Assembly (NCBI RefSeq): GCF_001447785.1
Contig: NW_015171514.1
Span: 403,639 to 467,638 of the forward strand
Source: Gekko japonicus
Lineage: Eukaryota
Direction: 5' to 3'
DNA length: 64,000 bases
In this document: one piece after another, positions 11,471-23,801 of the stretch
Layout: every line of letters starts with the position of its first letter
How positions within the stretch are numbered: the stretch's first letter is position 1
Notes under the pieces: generated by a model
What the model saw: only the letters and a program-made list of their open reading frames with translations
Told to the model about the DNA's origin: nothing
The model's database searches: none
Made by a program: the position numbers and the translations under genes

Positions 11471-13099
11471 CATGTGGAAGCAGCCTTTGTAAACAAATAG
11501 TGGCCCATAGTGGCCCATTCTGCATCTAGCTTTCACTCCGCTGTTTTACCAAACCCACATTCGGAACAGAAATTCCGCTCTACAGTGCATGCCACTTTGA
11601 CTTTCTTTGATTGTTGGATTTTATTATGGGCTCTACACTGCATGCTAGTTTCACTTCCTTTGATCTCTCAGTCTTATGGTAATGTCTGCATAGATTTATG
11701 GCCATTTTATGGTGGTTCAAGGGTGATTCTGCAGTCAGTAAGACATTCAAATGTGGTTTTGAGCCATATCTTTTTCTGTTTCAGTGTGGGTTTGGTAAAA
11801 CAATGGAGCGAATGCTAGATGCGGAATGGGCCCCAGTCTAGTTAAGCATAGTTGTCTCAGAGTGTGCCCGCTGACCTATAGTATAATAGTATCCTAGAAG
11901 GAGTCCTTTGTCAACATGGCCTGAAGGTCGGTTACCAGCAATCTTGCTAAACCTAAACAGGCTAAGGTCTGATGAGTGCCTGAGTCTGAAAACCCTGTAT
12001 ATGCCACCACAAGTTACACAGTAAAAGGGCAGGATACAACTATAACACTAAAGAAAATAAAATAGATCCATTAGCATGTTCAGGATCATTCAGTTAGCAT
12101 GAGGTTGAAAGGAAAATTATTTGTATTCTCTTGTTAATAAGCAAGGAATAATTGGCAAGTTAAGGATGTCAGCAATTCTGTCACATTCTGTTTTTGGGAT
12201 GTTGTTGTTTTTTAAAGAAAATCCTGAACTTCTAAAACTGCTGCTGAAGTCTGGTAACAAAGACTTAAAGGCTGTGTGCTCTTAAACAGGATAAGACTTT
12301 TATATCGAAAAATTCATCTGTCGCCAAGAGGATTTTAATCAGGATATGTTATTAATGAACCGAATGTGAGATAAATAAACCTGCTTTATTAGGCAAACTT
12401 TTTTTTTAAAGCATATTTGGAGAATGCATGCCAAATGAGTGTGGAAGGAAAGTCTGTTTTGAGAAGTTAACACATCTCTGTGCAGTAAAGGCTTCCAGTC
12501 TGGCTATAATTGGTGCTTGTGGTGACTGCTGATACCCCGACAACATCAGCTTTCCATGCCCTTTGGCAAGATTGGGTGGGGGGAATTGTATACCTCATTA
12601 AGCTGTCTATTATCAAGACATCATAAACGTACGTATGTAGAAGAGATTATTTGCTATCCTGCTACCTTAAAGCGCTTAAATAAATTAGTTCCCACTATTT
12701 CAAGCATTTAATGTTCCATGATAATTATGTGCAAAGCTGTAAATTGCAATTAAAATTGCCCAGGATCTTGTTCAACCGAGGCCATTTTCTGAAACATATT
12801 CTGACCTTCTTCTTAAAATACATTCTACAGCAGGTGTGTAAGCTATATGGCTCAGAAAATTTGTAAGAGGACACCATCGTTTCACCTCTCAGTCCCAGTT
12901 GGATTTGGTTTGTGGCATCAGCCGCCCCCTCCCCAAGTTATTGATTCATAAATGCTCGCTATTGAAGCAGTCTTTTTGTCTCATGCATTAATGCGTAAGA
13001 GCCCATGTCTCATGAGTTCACAGAAGAACATGAAGCTCCAAATCAGAGGTGATGTTTACTTAGTTGGCTTTACTGACTTGGAAACATTCTATGTACTCT

Positions 13100-13313
13100 A
13101 AAGAAGAAGAGGAGGAGGAGGAGGAGGCACCCTGTGAGGTAGGTGGGGCTGAGAGAGCTCTTGACAGAAACTGCTCTTTTTCAAGAACAGCTCTTATCAG
13201 AACTACGGCTTTCCCAAGGTCATTCAGCCAGGTGCAAGTGGAAGAGTGGGGAATCAAACCCAGTTCTCCCAGATTAGAGTCTGCACACTTAACCACTACA
13301 CCAAACTGGCTCT
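13100..13313 (-). mobile_element. Squam3-type tRNA SINE with (CTT/CCT)n tail
   Basis: Reverse complement begins GAGAGCCAGTTTGGTGTAGTGGTTAAG; B box GGTTTGATTCCC. Confidence 0.8.
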
Positions 13314-14025
13314 CCAGAACAAGCTGGGTACCTGCAAAGAAACACAGAAATGGGAGAAAACTTTGAAATTCTACCTCAAAATTACCTCCTCCATGATTCA
13401 AAATTACCCCCTCCTGAGCCTTCAGGAGCAAGGCAGTCTTCCCAATCTCCTTCTGCTTTCCCTGCCCCTGTTAACTGACTCTTAACGACTCCCAGTGGGA
13501 TTTTTGCCTCCTGTGCATGCTCAGTGTTTGTCAGGTTGAGGTTGTTTGGACATTTTCTTTATTTTTCCTTGGGTTAATTTACAAAGGAGTGTTTCTCTGC
13601 ATGCCTCTGAATACGCAGAAACTCTGCCTTGATTTAGGGAAGCCTGGTGTTGCTACCATGTGACCGTAATGGTGGGACAACCACTTTACTAAGTTAAAAT
13701 ATTAGCTCTAGGCAGACATTACACATTCTACAAATGTATATGCTCAGGCTCTTCCACATGACCACAGAAGCAACGAAAATCAGTGTTTTTGATTATGTGG
13801 AGGAACATATACACATGGTTCGAGCTCATTGCTGAAATTTGGCTAAAAGCACAGATGTTGGGGTCAGGGCCAGTGGGCTCAATCCCCCTTGTTTGCGTAT
13901 GTCCAGTAAATGCCATGTATGACTTCTGCCCAGAGCTGTACTGAAATGCCCATTCCAGAGCAATTGAAAGGAATGTTGTGAAGAGAGATGGGTGGTGGAA
14001 AGTGCCATCAGGTCACAGCCAACTT

Positions 14026-14490
14026 ATTTGTTTATTTATTTATTAAATTCAATTTACTAGGCCGCCCTTCCCTAGAATAGGGCTCAGGGCAGTTTACAAC
14101 AGAATAAATATACAATTTCAATTTAAAACTAGATTAAAATAACCCATTAAATCCCAGTACATAAAACAACATCTTTGTGATAGCAGAAACAGCCTATATA
14201 AGATGGCAGAAAGAGTTCCAACTCCCCAGCCTCCCTAGGGGAGGGGTTATGGGGGAGGGTGACTTATGTAAGAGTGTCAAATGACACCCCGTCGCTGTCC
14301 TCAACTGAAGGCCCGGCGGAACATCTCTGATTTGCATGCCCTGCGGAACAGTAAGAATTCCCACAGGGCGTGGACGTCTCCTGGCGGGAGCCAGGGCTGA
14401 AAAAACCCTGGCCCTGGTTGAGGACAGCCGGACTTCTTTCGGGCTGGGGACCACCAGGAGGATCTTATTTCCTGAGCGTAACACTCTTCC
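14026..14490 (-). mobile_element. L2 LINE 3' fragment nested in a 5S-derived SINE (tail ~13992-14025, body 14494-14648)
   Basis: LRSGNKILLVVPSPKEVRLSSTRARVFSALAP...FRRACKSEMFRRAF; (TAAA)n tail; same family as 43825-44655. Confidence 0.8.
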
Positions 14491-14659
14491 TGGGGCAATC
14501 CCGTAGGGTCTTCAAGGCAAGAGACAAACAGAGGTGCTTTGCTATTGTATGCCTCTGCATTAGCATCCCTGGACTTCCGTAGCGGTTTCCCATTCAAGTG
14601 CCAGGGCTGATCCTGCTTAATTTAGCCTGGTCCATCCAGGTCAGGGCAAAGAGAAATTT

Positions 14660-14845
14660 TCTTTCTTTTTTTGCTGTCAAGTCACATGTGACGTTTCAAG
14701 GCAAGAGATGTTCAAAGGTGGTGTGCCATTGCCTGCCTCTGCATAGTGACCCTGGTATTCCTCGGTAGTCTCCCATCCAAATACTAAGGCCGGCCCTGCT
14801 TAGCTTCCAAGAGCTGATGAGATCGGGCTAGCCTGGGCCATCCAG
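14660..14845 (-). mobile_element. 5S rRNA-derived SINE
   Basis: Reverse complement has GCCCGATCTCATCAGCTCTTGGAAGCTAAGCAGGG...GTATTTGGATGGGAGAC, matching the 5S rRNA A and C boxes. Confidence 0.8.
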
Positions 14846-17334
14846 AGATTAGGAGGTGGGGGAAAGGCAGTCAATACAGGGTGAAGCAGCTGAAGTGAGA
14901 CCAGAGAGAGGACAGAAGGACAAGAAAGCAGATATGTCCCATCAACAGTATAAGGGGACGCTTATTCAGATATTTGTCTATTTTGTATGTTTATATCAAT
15001 GGTATTTTGAGGGGAACTGGCTAACCGCCCACTAAATGGATGGCCAGTCTCAATCTCCTGAAGTGCCTTTTTTTGGAGCGCAGATTTTACAATAGCAGTT
15101 CTAGAACACGAGGGCACATTTTAAAACAAGATCACTGGAGGCACCCCACCGGGAAACAGAAAGGCTCTTTCTCCATATGGAATGGTAGACTGCCTCCTCT
15201 GTGCTTTCAGCATGCTCTGTTTCCTTTGAATGTTACAGTCCATCCCAGATCTCTGCTACATCAGCCCTAATAAAAGTGAGGTAATGATAGTGCGTCAACC
15301 GGGATTTTCAGCCTTAAGCCTGAATTTCCTGGCATTTGAATCAGGCCCTCGAACATTAACTGAGGTGTGTGTTTGTGGCTGCATTACAAATAAGCAGCTC
15401 TGGCTTGTGTGGCAGGCAGGCAACAGTTAAATGGAAGCAAAGAAAGCTCCTTTCCCAAAATCAGAGAAGTCGTTTAATAACTTTGGGCCCATTTGCTCAT
15501 AGCGGTGCTGCAGTTGCGGCCTGCAATCCCCAGGAGCTTGGCAAGCAGAGCCAGACTTGGCAGGCCTTCCTACCCACTCACCACGTCTGAGTCAGCCATG
15601 GTCAGGCTCCAGCATCATGCACAGCTTTAAACGTAGTTAGCATCTCTTATTAAAACTGAGAAATGTGAAAAGGGGGTGTCTTTTCCCCCCACTGACCCAA
15701 GAAAGTAAGCTGTAGCCATCACAAACAACAAGAGGTTTGTGAACTGTGCCCTGGTTGGTGTGCGTGTGTGTGTGTGTGTAGTGTCCTTTATCAAAGGCAT
15801 TGTGGTTTATGGTTCTTGACATTTGTAAGATATGAAGGAAATGGGGTATGACTTTTAGGTGTGCTGACTGGGTAGACCACAAAGCAAGTGAGCCCCTTCT
15901 TTTTATGTACTGTCATAACCGTAGCAACTTTCTCCCAAAAAATAAAAAGAAAGTAACACAAGTATTCTAGTGTGAGGGTAGAAAACATTGTGCTTAATTT
16001 CTATTGGTACAGATCTCACTAGAAAGCTTCCCAAGTAATATTTTCATTTTCAAATGATATACTTTTTTTCTTCCTTAAATCCTCACATTTTCGTTGGTTT
16101 GGGCCCATCTATATAGTAGTCTCATTTGAAACAAGTGGGTTTGATTATCCAACAGAGGATTATTTTAATAAAGGATACTTTTCTAAGGTTGGACACGGTT
16201 TCAGAAGATTTTGACTTTGGCCATAAAATTCCCAGCAGCACCTGCAACTGATAAAAATGAGTCCAAGAAACTCGGTAAAAAGTTACAAGTAATGTTTATA
16301 TAGCAATGTTAGATTCATTTCTTTTCTAGGGGAGGAGGATGTTTGAAAGAGTCAGAAACAAGCTCCTAGCAGCTTTCTGTAAAATTGACAGATGGGTCCA
16401 GTGATACAATATAAATGTTTCAGCAAAGTTTTTGTTTTGTTAAATAGTGAATAGATCTATATTGTCTAAGAATCGGACTTCTAAAGCACACTGAAGAGTT
16501 ATAAAGCAATCTACAAATACTGATGGCTGGGGTGAGGGTTACAGTCAAATGGTGGCTGAAAGTAGCTCTAAGGGATAGCAGTCTCTGTTAGTAAATAATA
16601 AATTTTGACAATAAAATTTACAGTGTTAAACCTTTTAAATGCTCTTATTAGAGTGGCAAGAGTGTAAAAAAAAAAGAGTGTGTGTATTTGTGTATGCGTG
16701 TAGGGGGTATTCTTGAATAAATTTTTGTAATTCAAATTTGCTTGATTATTCAAACATGTATTTTCTTATCCCACCCCACCCCACCGCCCCAGCCAGCATT
16801 CTCTGTCATGGATCTTATTATATTGTGTATTTGAGGTGGGGTTTTTTGACCTGTGGATAATATTGAATGTGGCAAGTTGATAATGCTGACAGTTTTAAAA
16901 ATTCATCAAACCCCAGAAAGATTAAGCTTTCTTTTCATAATGTATTCCTCCAGGTTGAATTTCCAAAGCAAAATTTGAAACCTTTAGAATTCAGTTTAGA
17001 ATTTTGAAATTTGTGGTAAAATTTCATTTTGGCTCTAATTATTACTGAGCTAAGAGATTTGGGGATTGTTGTGAATTCTATATTGAAGAGGTCTGTATAA
17101 AACATCAGGGAAATCTGGGTGCTGGATTTAGAATTAGGAGATAGGTAGTCTCTATTATTTTGTTATATGTGCCAGGTAAGATCTTTGGCATTGAAAACAT
17201 GTTTATCTTTGGGATAAAATCTAGTGAGCCCCAGATTAAGCCTAGTACTTTAGCAATCTAACATACAAGAATTAATGACTCGTTAGTTGCTGTAGATTTT
17301 CCGGGATGTGTGGCCGTGGTCTTGGCATTGTAGA

Positions 17335-17377
17335 ACCTGATGTTTCGTCAGTAACTGTGACTGGCATCCTCAGAGGT
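17335..17377 (-). ncRNA. Second minimal hammerhead ribozyme motif in the opposite pLTR
   Basis: Reverse complement ACCT-CTGAGGA-T-GCCAGT(cacagtt)ACTGAC-GAAA-CA-TC-AGGT; stem I ACCT/AGGT is perfect. Confidence 0.6.
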
Positions 17378-18439
17378 ATAAAGACAGAAAGATGGAATAC
17401 TCTCTGTGTCAAGGTGAGAAGAAAATGGTAGGCAGTAAATTTATATCTACTCCAGAAGGTGGGTAGGGCTGAGTCATTGTCTTGTAGGAGTTCCCCAGGC
17501 TATGGACATGCTAATGGAGGAGCTTTCCTGAGGAGGTTCTTTTGTTTCCTGAGGAGTTTTCCTGCTTCCTGAGGAGGTTGTTGAAATTCGAATCTTATCT
17601 GTAGTGCTATTGTCTGATGTCAAGCCTTTTGTGTTTTTCAGGACAGGAAGCCATGTCCTATTTATTTTTAAACTCTCTTCTTTCCTGTTGAAATTATGTT
17701 TATGTTTGTGAATTTCAATGCCTTCCCTGTGTAATCTGACATGGTAATTGAAAGTATTGTCCAACCTTTCAGTGTCTTGGAACAAAATACTGTGTCCTGT
17801 TTGAGTTAGGCTATGTTCAGCCACTGCTGATTTTTCAGGTTGGCCAAGTCTGCAGTGTCTTTCATGTTCTTTTATTCTTGTCCGAATGCTACGCTGTGTG
17901 GTCCCGATGTAAACTTGTCCACAACTGCATGGTATGCGGTATACTCCTGCAAAAGTCTCTTCTGTCTTTTGACGATCGTAGCATCTCTTGTATTTTTCTG
18001 GTGGGTCTGAATACTGTTTGTAGGTTGTGTTTTTTCATAAATTTTTCCATCTGATCAGTGATTCCTTTGATATATGGCAAAAACACTTTTCCTGTGGGAG
18101 ACTGTTTTTCCTTAGTTATTTGTTTTACCTTTGGTTTAATCGCTCTTCTGATTTCATTCTTGGAGTAGCCATTTACTTGAAGAGCATGGCTTAGATGATT
18201 TAGTTCGTCATTGAGTCAGTGTGTTCACATATCCGTCTTGCACGGTCTACTAATGTTTTGATTATGTCTCTTTTTTGCAGTTAGCATGTCCATTTTTTGC
18301 CATTAGCATGTCCATAGCCTGGGGAACTCCTACAAGACAATGACTCAGCCCTACCCACCTTCTGGAGTAGATATACATTTACTGCCTACCATTTTCTTCT
18401 CACTTTGACACAGAGAGTATTCCATCTTTCTGTGTTTAT

Positions 18440-18485
18440 AGCTCTGAGGATGCCAGTCACAGCTACTGGTGAAACGTCAGGCTCT
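18440..18485 (+). ncRNA. Minimal hammerhead ribozyme motif in a Penelope pLTR (sense to ATP8A2)
   Basis: CTGAGGA-T-GCCAGT(cacagct)ACTGGT-GAAA-CG-TC-AGG; stem I is imperfect. Confidence 0.65.
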
Positions 18486-19271
18486 ACAATGCCAAGACCA
18501 TGGCCACTCATCCCGGAAAATCTACAGCAACTAATGAACTCCGGCCGTGAAAGCCTTCGACAACATATTAATGACTCATGCTTCCTCATGCACATCAATG
18601 GGTGTACTGTGGTGGAAGGAGAAGCACATATTCCCTGTGCATAAATGCACTCTCTCTTGATGTGGTGTTGGGTTACATACCTCTCCCCAAATCTGGAAAA
18701 GACTTCGAAGTGTGGGATTGGATCCAGCACAATGCTTGTGCTCGCACAAGAGCTCTTGATCAAGCCGAAAAACAAGGAAAAAACAGCACTAGACTTTTGT
18801 ACTACATTAAACTTAATATAACCCCACTTGCACTTCTACATGTGCAAGATCTTGTGCAACCAGTTTCTGGGTACTATAATACAGGCCTCGGATGGGGCCG
18901 GAGCGCGCCGGTACAGCGCTCCGGGAGAGAGGCACCGGGGGGCGAGGCGGTCACATGGTGAAGCCCCGCCCCTTCTCCTGGCCGCCCTCTGCTTCCAGCC
19001 TTTCTGTTGTAGAATGAGGAAGAAGCAGGAGGGTAAGTCGGCGTCCTTCCCCCGGTCTCTGCCTGGCCGAGGCTGCTCCACGCAGCTTCCGCTAGGCCTC
19101 CAGGCCGCATCCCAGACCTTCCCAGAGGTGCGCGAAGCTGCGCACCCTGGGATACCCCCCCCCGGTCTCTGCCTGGCCAAGGCTGCTTTCCCATTTGTGT
19201 TTACCTTACAATACTAGGCTGATGCAGTGCTAGGGGCAGGCCTTCTGTGCTGCTGCTAGTCCACCAGTGGC

Positions 19272-19600
19272 TCTTAGCCACAAGGTATAGATAGGAACTC
19301 TTAGTGTGGGGCAAGTGATGCTCTGTATTCTTGGTGCTTGGGGGGGGACAGTGGGAGGGCTTCTGGTGTTCTGGCCCCACTGCCGGACTTCCTGAGTGCA
19401 CCTGGTATTTTTGGCTGATGTGTGAGTGACACAGAGTGTTGGACTGGATGGGCCACTGGCCTGATCCAACATGGCTTCTCTTATGTTCTTATGTCTGGTG
19501 CAGTGATGCTCTGCATTCTTGGTGCTTGGGGGGCAAGAGTGGGAGGGCTCCTGGAGTTTTGGCCCTGCTGGTGGACCTCCTGAGGGCACCTGGGTTTTGT
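19272..19600 (+). mobile_element. CR1 LINE 3' end plus a second partial copy
   Basis: ...ggactggatgggccactggcctgatccaacatggcttctcttatgttcttatgt tail; homologous to 24870-25152 and 41984-42240. Confidence 0.8.
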
Positions 19601-19601
19601 C

Positions 19602-19752
19602 CAGTGTTTCCTCTAAGTGCAAGTTAGCTAACAGTTTTTTAGCCTCCGGCTCATATATTTTTGTCTTAATTCAGGAAAGATGCCTCCAGAGCAAACTAAT
19701 TTATGCAGTAGCCAAATTGCTCACTCATAGCTTTAATGCCAGTCGCTCACAA
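19602..19752. mobile_element. Partial hAT MITE (CAGTGTTYCCTCTAAG family)
   Basis: Homologous to 27644-27852 and 51503-51708; right end missing. Confidence 0.75.
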
Positions 19753-19944
19753 AGGAGCATCCCGGGATAGGCCTCCGGCCCCATCCCTATGGAAGCAGCC
19801 CACCTATAGAGCACAACAAGGAAAGGAATGAAGGAAGCTACTTCTTTTATATTTGTATGAATACAATTAGTATATATTGATTATAAACATCTGTTCTCTT
19901 CTCCCCAGTAGGGACCCCAGTAGCTTATTTTTGTTATATTTATT

Positions 19945-20140
19945 ATTAATTTACTTAATTCATTTATACCCTACTTTTCTCCTCAATGGGGACCCAAAGT
20001 AGCTTACATCATTCTCCTTCCCCCATTTTATTCTCACAGAAATCCTGTGAGATAGGTTAGGCTGAGAGAGTGTAACAGGCCCAAGGTCACCCAGCAAGCT
20101 TCTATGGCCTGAGTGGGGATTTGAACCTGGGTATTCCAGA
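19945..20140 (-). mobile_element. tRNA/CORE SINE (Squam3-like)
   Basis: Similar to 7698-7893 and 52833-53440. Confidence 0.7.
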
Positions 20141-20569
20141 TTTTAAATTCTTCTGCGGCCTGCCCAGTAATCTATTCAGAACTATCAGATCTGCTGTGTT
20201 CTTCTAATCTTTCTGCTGTAACATCTAGCCTAGAAATGCTGCACAAAAGTTGATCCTACTTAAACTGTTACACAGACAAATCTATCCTTTGACTGGGTGC
20301 CAGAAATAAAGAGGCAATATCAGTCAGCTATTTCATAGCTTCTACATATCTGGGTACCAAATGTTTGATTTGTTGCTACTGACATTGATATTGGGAAACC
20401 AGATCTGCAGTTGTCTTAGGCCAGAGGCACAGAGCTAGATTTTATTTAAAGGAGGCTTCTGGCTTTTACTGCAAAGAACAGTCCCTTGTCTCTTTTTCTG
20501 TCTCTCTGTCTATCTGTGCACATTGATAACCCTGCTTTTCTTCCAAATGGGGACCCCTCCAGAAGGCTT

Positions 20570-20791
20570 ATGTCAGGGGGTGTGGCCTTCTGACACACTT
20601 CTGGTGATGTCAGGGGGTGTGGCCTTCTGACACACTTCCGGTGATGTCAGGGGGTGTGGCCTTCTGACACACTTCCGGTGATGTCAGGGTGTGGCCTTAT
20701 GACACACTTCCGGTGATGTCAGGGGTGTGGCATATGCTAATGAGTTATGCTAATGAGTTCCTGCAGCTCCTTTTTTACAAAAAGACCCCTG
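20570..20791. repeat. ~37-bp tandem repeat (4+ units) forming the subterminal region of a truncated hAT MITE
   Basis: Unit ATGTCAGGGGGTGTGGCCTTCTGACACACTTCCGGTG; ends at a TIR ...GACCCCTG like 54093-54503. Confidence 0.85.
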
Positions 20792-20871
20792 CGATAGGCA
20801 GGAAAGTCCTGGGTGTTATGCCCAATGTGGTGCAATCAAAACTGCACTAAGCCCATTCATGTGTATCATCT

Positions 20872-21335
20872 GTCTGTTTATTATTTATTTATTTAAAACA
20901 TTATTTGCCACCTTTCTCTCTGCAGAACTCAAGGCGGCTGACAAATAAAAAGCCTCTAAAACACACAACAAAACACAAAGACAACATTTATAAAACCCAT
21001 AAAAAGTCACAATTTTAAAACTACGGTTAGAATTGCCAATAATAAAAACTAAATCAATCAGATGCAGTCCTAAATTAAACTGTCTTCAACTGCCTCCTGA
21101 AGGTCAGCAATGAGGGGGCCAGGTGCACCGCCCTGGGGAGATTGTCCCATAATTGTGGAGCTGCCGCAGAAAAGGTCATCTCTCATGTACCCACCATACA
21201 AGCATTCCTAATTGATGGGGCATTCATGAGGGACTCTCCCTGTGATCTTAATTCCCAAGCAGGAACGTATGGGAGAAGACCATCCTTCAGATACCCGGGT
21301 CCCAAGCCATGTAGGGATCTAAAGGCCATCACTGG
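20872..21335 (-). mobile_element. L2 LINE 3' fragment
   Basis: (TTTA)n tail; reverse complement encodes FRSLHGLGPGYLKDGLLPY. Confidence 0.75.
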
Positions 21336-22699
21336 ATTCTAGTCATGAATTGCCAGTCATTCACACTTTATTTCCCACCACTACTCTAGAACATCTAAAA
21401 TGGCTCATAACAAGACCAGCAGACATACTACAAATGCAAACAAGGGAATAAATTGTAAACTATCAGTACCCCAGATTTCTCTCACCTGTTTTATTACAAA
21501 TTTTCCCCTCCCTCGCCTTTCCCCCAAACATTTCTCTCATTTCATTCAAACCGAAAGGACATTCTTAAAACTAAGTTTTGAACATACATGAAGCTGCCTT
21601 ATGCCAAGCCAAACCACTGGTCTGTCAGGGTCTGTATTGTCTACTGTGATCAGAAGCAGCTTTCCTGGGTCTCTGGCAGATTTCTTTTCAGATCACCTGC
21701 TAGTCCGGACAGGGTTGCAAATGACTGCTGCCCAATCAAACAACGTGTGGATACAGCATCAGTCTTGGAAGCACCAGGCAGTATTTTTAATAGTGTGTTC
21801 TATTCTGCTTGGTTTGAAAACCTGCAAAAACATACACTTATCACCCACCTCAAGTTCAAGGGGTAGGTGGCAGGTTATTTATTTATTTATCTTTACTTTA
21901 GGCTTGATATACCGCCCTAACCCCCGAAGGGGTCTCTGGGCAGTTCACATTTTTGTTGTTCTAAGAACTAGTTTCCTATCTTGGGCCACATCTAGAGTTA
22001 GGGGTGGGACTGCCTACCGGCACCCTCGGTGGTATATATGCTTCTTATGCTTCCTTGGCTCGGCTCGACATCTATTTATCGGCGGCTAGATCGATACAGT
22101 CCTTTCTCGGCTTGCTGGCGCGGCGTCCCCTCCATGCTCCTGACACTTTTTCTACCTTTAGAAATAAAGGTAGACTGCTTGAAAAATAATTATCCTGGTA
22201 TATTGATTCTCATTGCCTTTGATGTGTATGGTGCTTTACAAATAACCAGATGACAGGGCCATACTCTGAAGAGCTTAACCTGAAATTTAACATAATGGAG
22301 ATGATAAAGGCAGGGGGGAGAAGGGGAAGAGGGGACACATGGGGGAAATATGCACAAGTTTTGTACACAACATTCTGTGTAACTATACCTATACTGGAGT
22401 CTTGCATTGAGGAATATACTGGAATTTGCCCACAACGAAGGATCTTCATATGGGTCTACAAGAGGTTTGTTATTTTAGAGCAGTGATGCAAATTCTATAG
22501 ATTGTTCCATTGAGTTCAGAGGTGTCGCTGTATTTAACCATTGAACAACTGTCCAGCGCTATGAATGCTTATTTTTAGCGTCTGCTTGGCAGCTGTCTCC
22601 AGATGATGGTCCACATTCCACACTCTTCTCCTCTTCGAAGCATGGAAATATTTGTGTCATGTTGATCTAAAGCTGTGTGTAAACTTTCCTCTGTTTCAG

Positions 22700-22774
22700 C
22701 TTTGGTTTGCATTCGTGAATGGATTTTCGGGGCAGATTTTATTTGAGCGATGGTGCATCGGCCTGTACAATGTG
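22700..22774 (+). CDS. ATP8A2: ATP8A2 coding exon, [25 protein letters not shown]
   Basis: tttcag| acceptor and |gtaagt donor; 75 nt, phase 0/0; carries the P4-ATPase NGFSGQ motif. Confidence 0.96.
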
Positions 22775-23492
22775 GTAAGTGTCCACGTCTCAGCTTGATA
22801 GCATGCAGAACCCGGTTGGTGTTCCATTGCTGTTTATGTCTATGTGGTTAATCTCACTTGGTCATCTGTATACAGATTCTGAGGTTTCCTTTGGGTTTTA
22901 AAAAAGGCAAGGTCTTCTACTTGTTATTGCTAATCTGGAACAGTGCCTTGAAAACATTAGCAGAAGATCCACCAAGCTAAAGACAGCCCACCCGCTTGCC
23001 CGGTGCTTTGCCAATCTGTCCACTTTTGCAGGCCAGGCCAGACAGACAACAGAAGCAAAAAGGTTTATGGAGCCTCTGAGGGGTCACTGTACATTTTTGG
23101 AAGGCTGTGTTTGTTTTGCTGGTTCACAAGTCGTGCAGGCCTGTGTTCTCATGTTTCTCTCAATAACGTGAATGCATGAGATCTTCATAACATCACGCAG
23201 TTCAGGCTTTTTACTGGATTCCATTATGGATGATATTTAAAAGTATAGTACCTAGAGGGACCCCTTATTTTCATACAAGGGATTACAGTCCTCCTATTCT
23301 AAAAAAGCAATTCTTGCTTTAGTTTAAGGGAGCCTTACCAGACTGCATACTGGAGAATCAGGGACACAGACAGTGCAATGTAACAGAATATCAGACTAGA
23401 ACTTGGATACCTACATTCAAATCCCTACTCAGCCATAAAGGTGATTTGGTGACAGTTGGCCAGATACATTCTCTCAGCCTAACCTACCTCTT

Positions 23493-23801
23493 GGCCAAAG
23501 TGCACAACATTTTTTTTAATGAATTGGGTCCAAGTTCTGGACCAACCCACTTTCCCCACAGTCAGACAACAGATGTTTAAAATGGGGCAAGTAACTCTCC
23601 CCAAGGGCCATTTTGGCTTGGGAAAACAGCACATGTGGAGGCAGGAGCCCCTCCTCCCTCCGTGCTGTGGTCACTCCCAAGCCAAATTGGGCCCCCACAG
23701 ACATTTGAAATGACATTCTCCACATCTGCTGGTTGGCTGTGGGGAAAACGAGTTGAGAACCCTGGACCCAACTAGTTAAAAAAGTATTGTGTAGTTTGGC
23801 C
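23493..23801. mobile_element. MITE with long imperfect TIRs inserted in a Squam3-like SINE (~23370-23880)
   Basis: GGCCAAAGTGCACAACATTTTTTTTAA..TTGGGTCCAAGTTCT versus AGAACCCTGGACCCAA..TTAAAAAAGTATTGTGTAGTTTGGCC; TSD not clear. Confidence 0.6.

Larger units (their letters stand above)
17282..18566 (-). mobile_element. Penelope-like element: 5'-truncated GIY-YIG endonuclease ORF with inverted pLTRs
   Basis: Minus strand reads FLPYIKGITD...AGVYRIPCSCGQVYIGTTQRSIRTRIKEHERHCR..SAVAEH..REGIEI..NFNR. ~235-bp inverted repeats at 17282-17517 and 18300-18535. 11-bp TSD ATTAATGACTC at 17271-17281 and 18567-18577. Confidence 0.92.
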
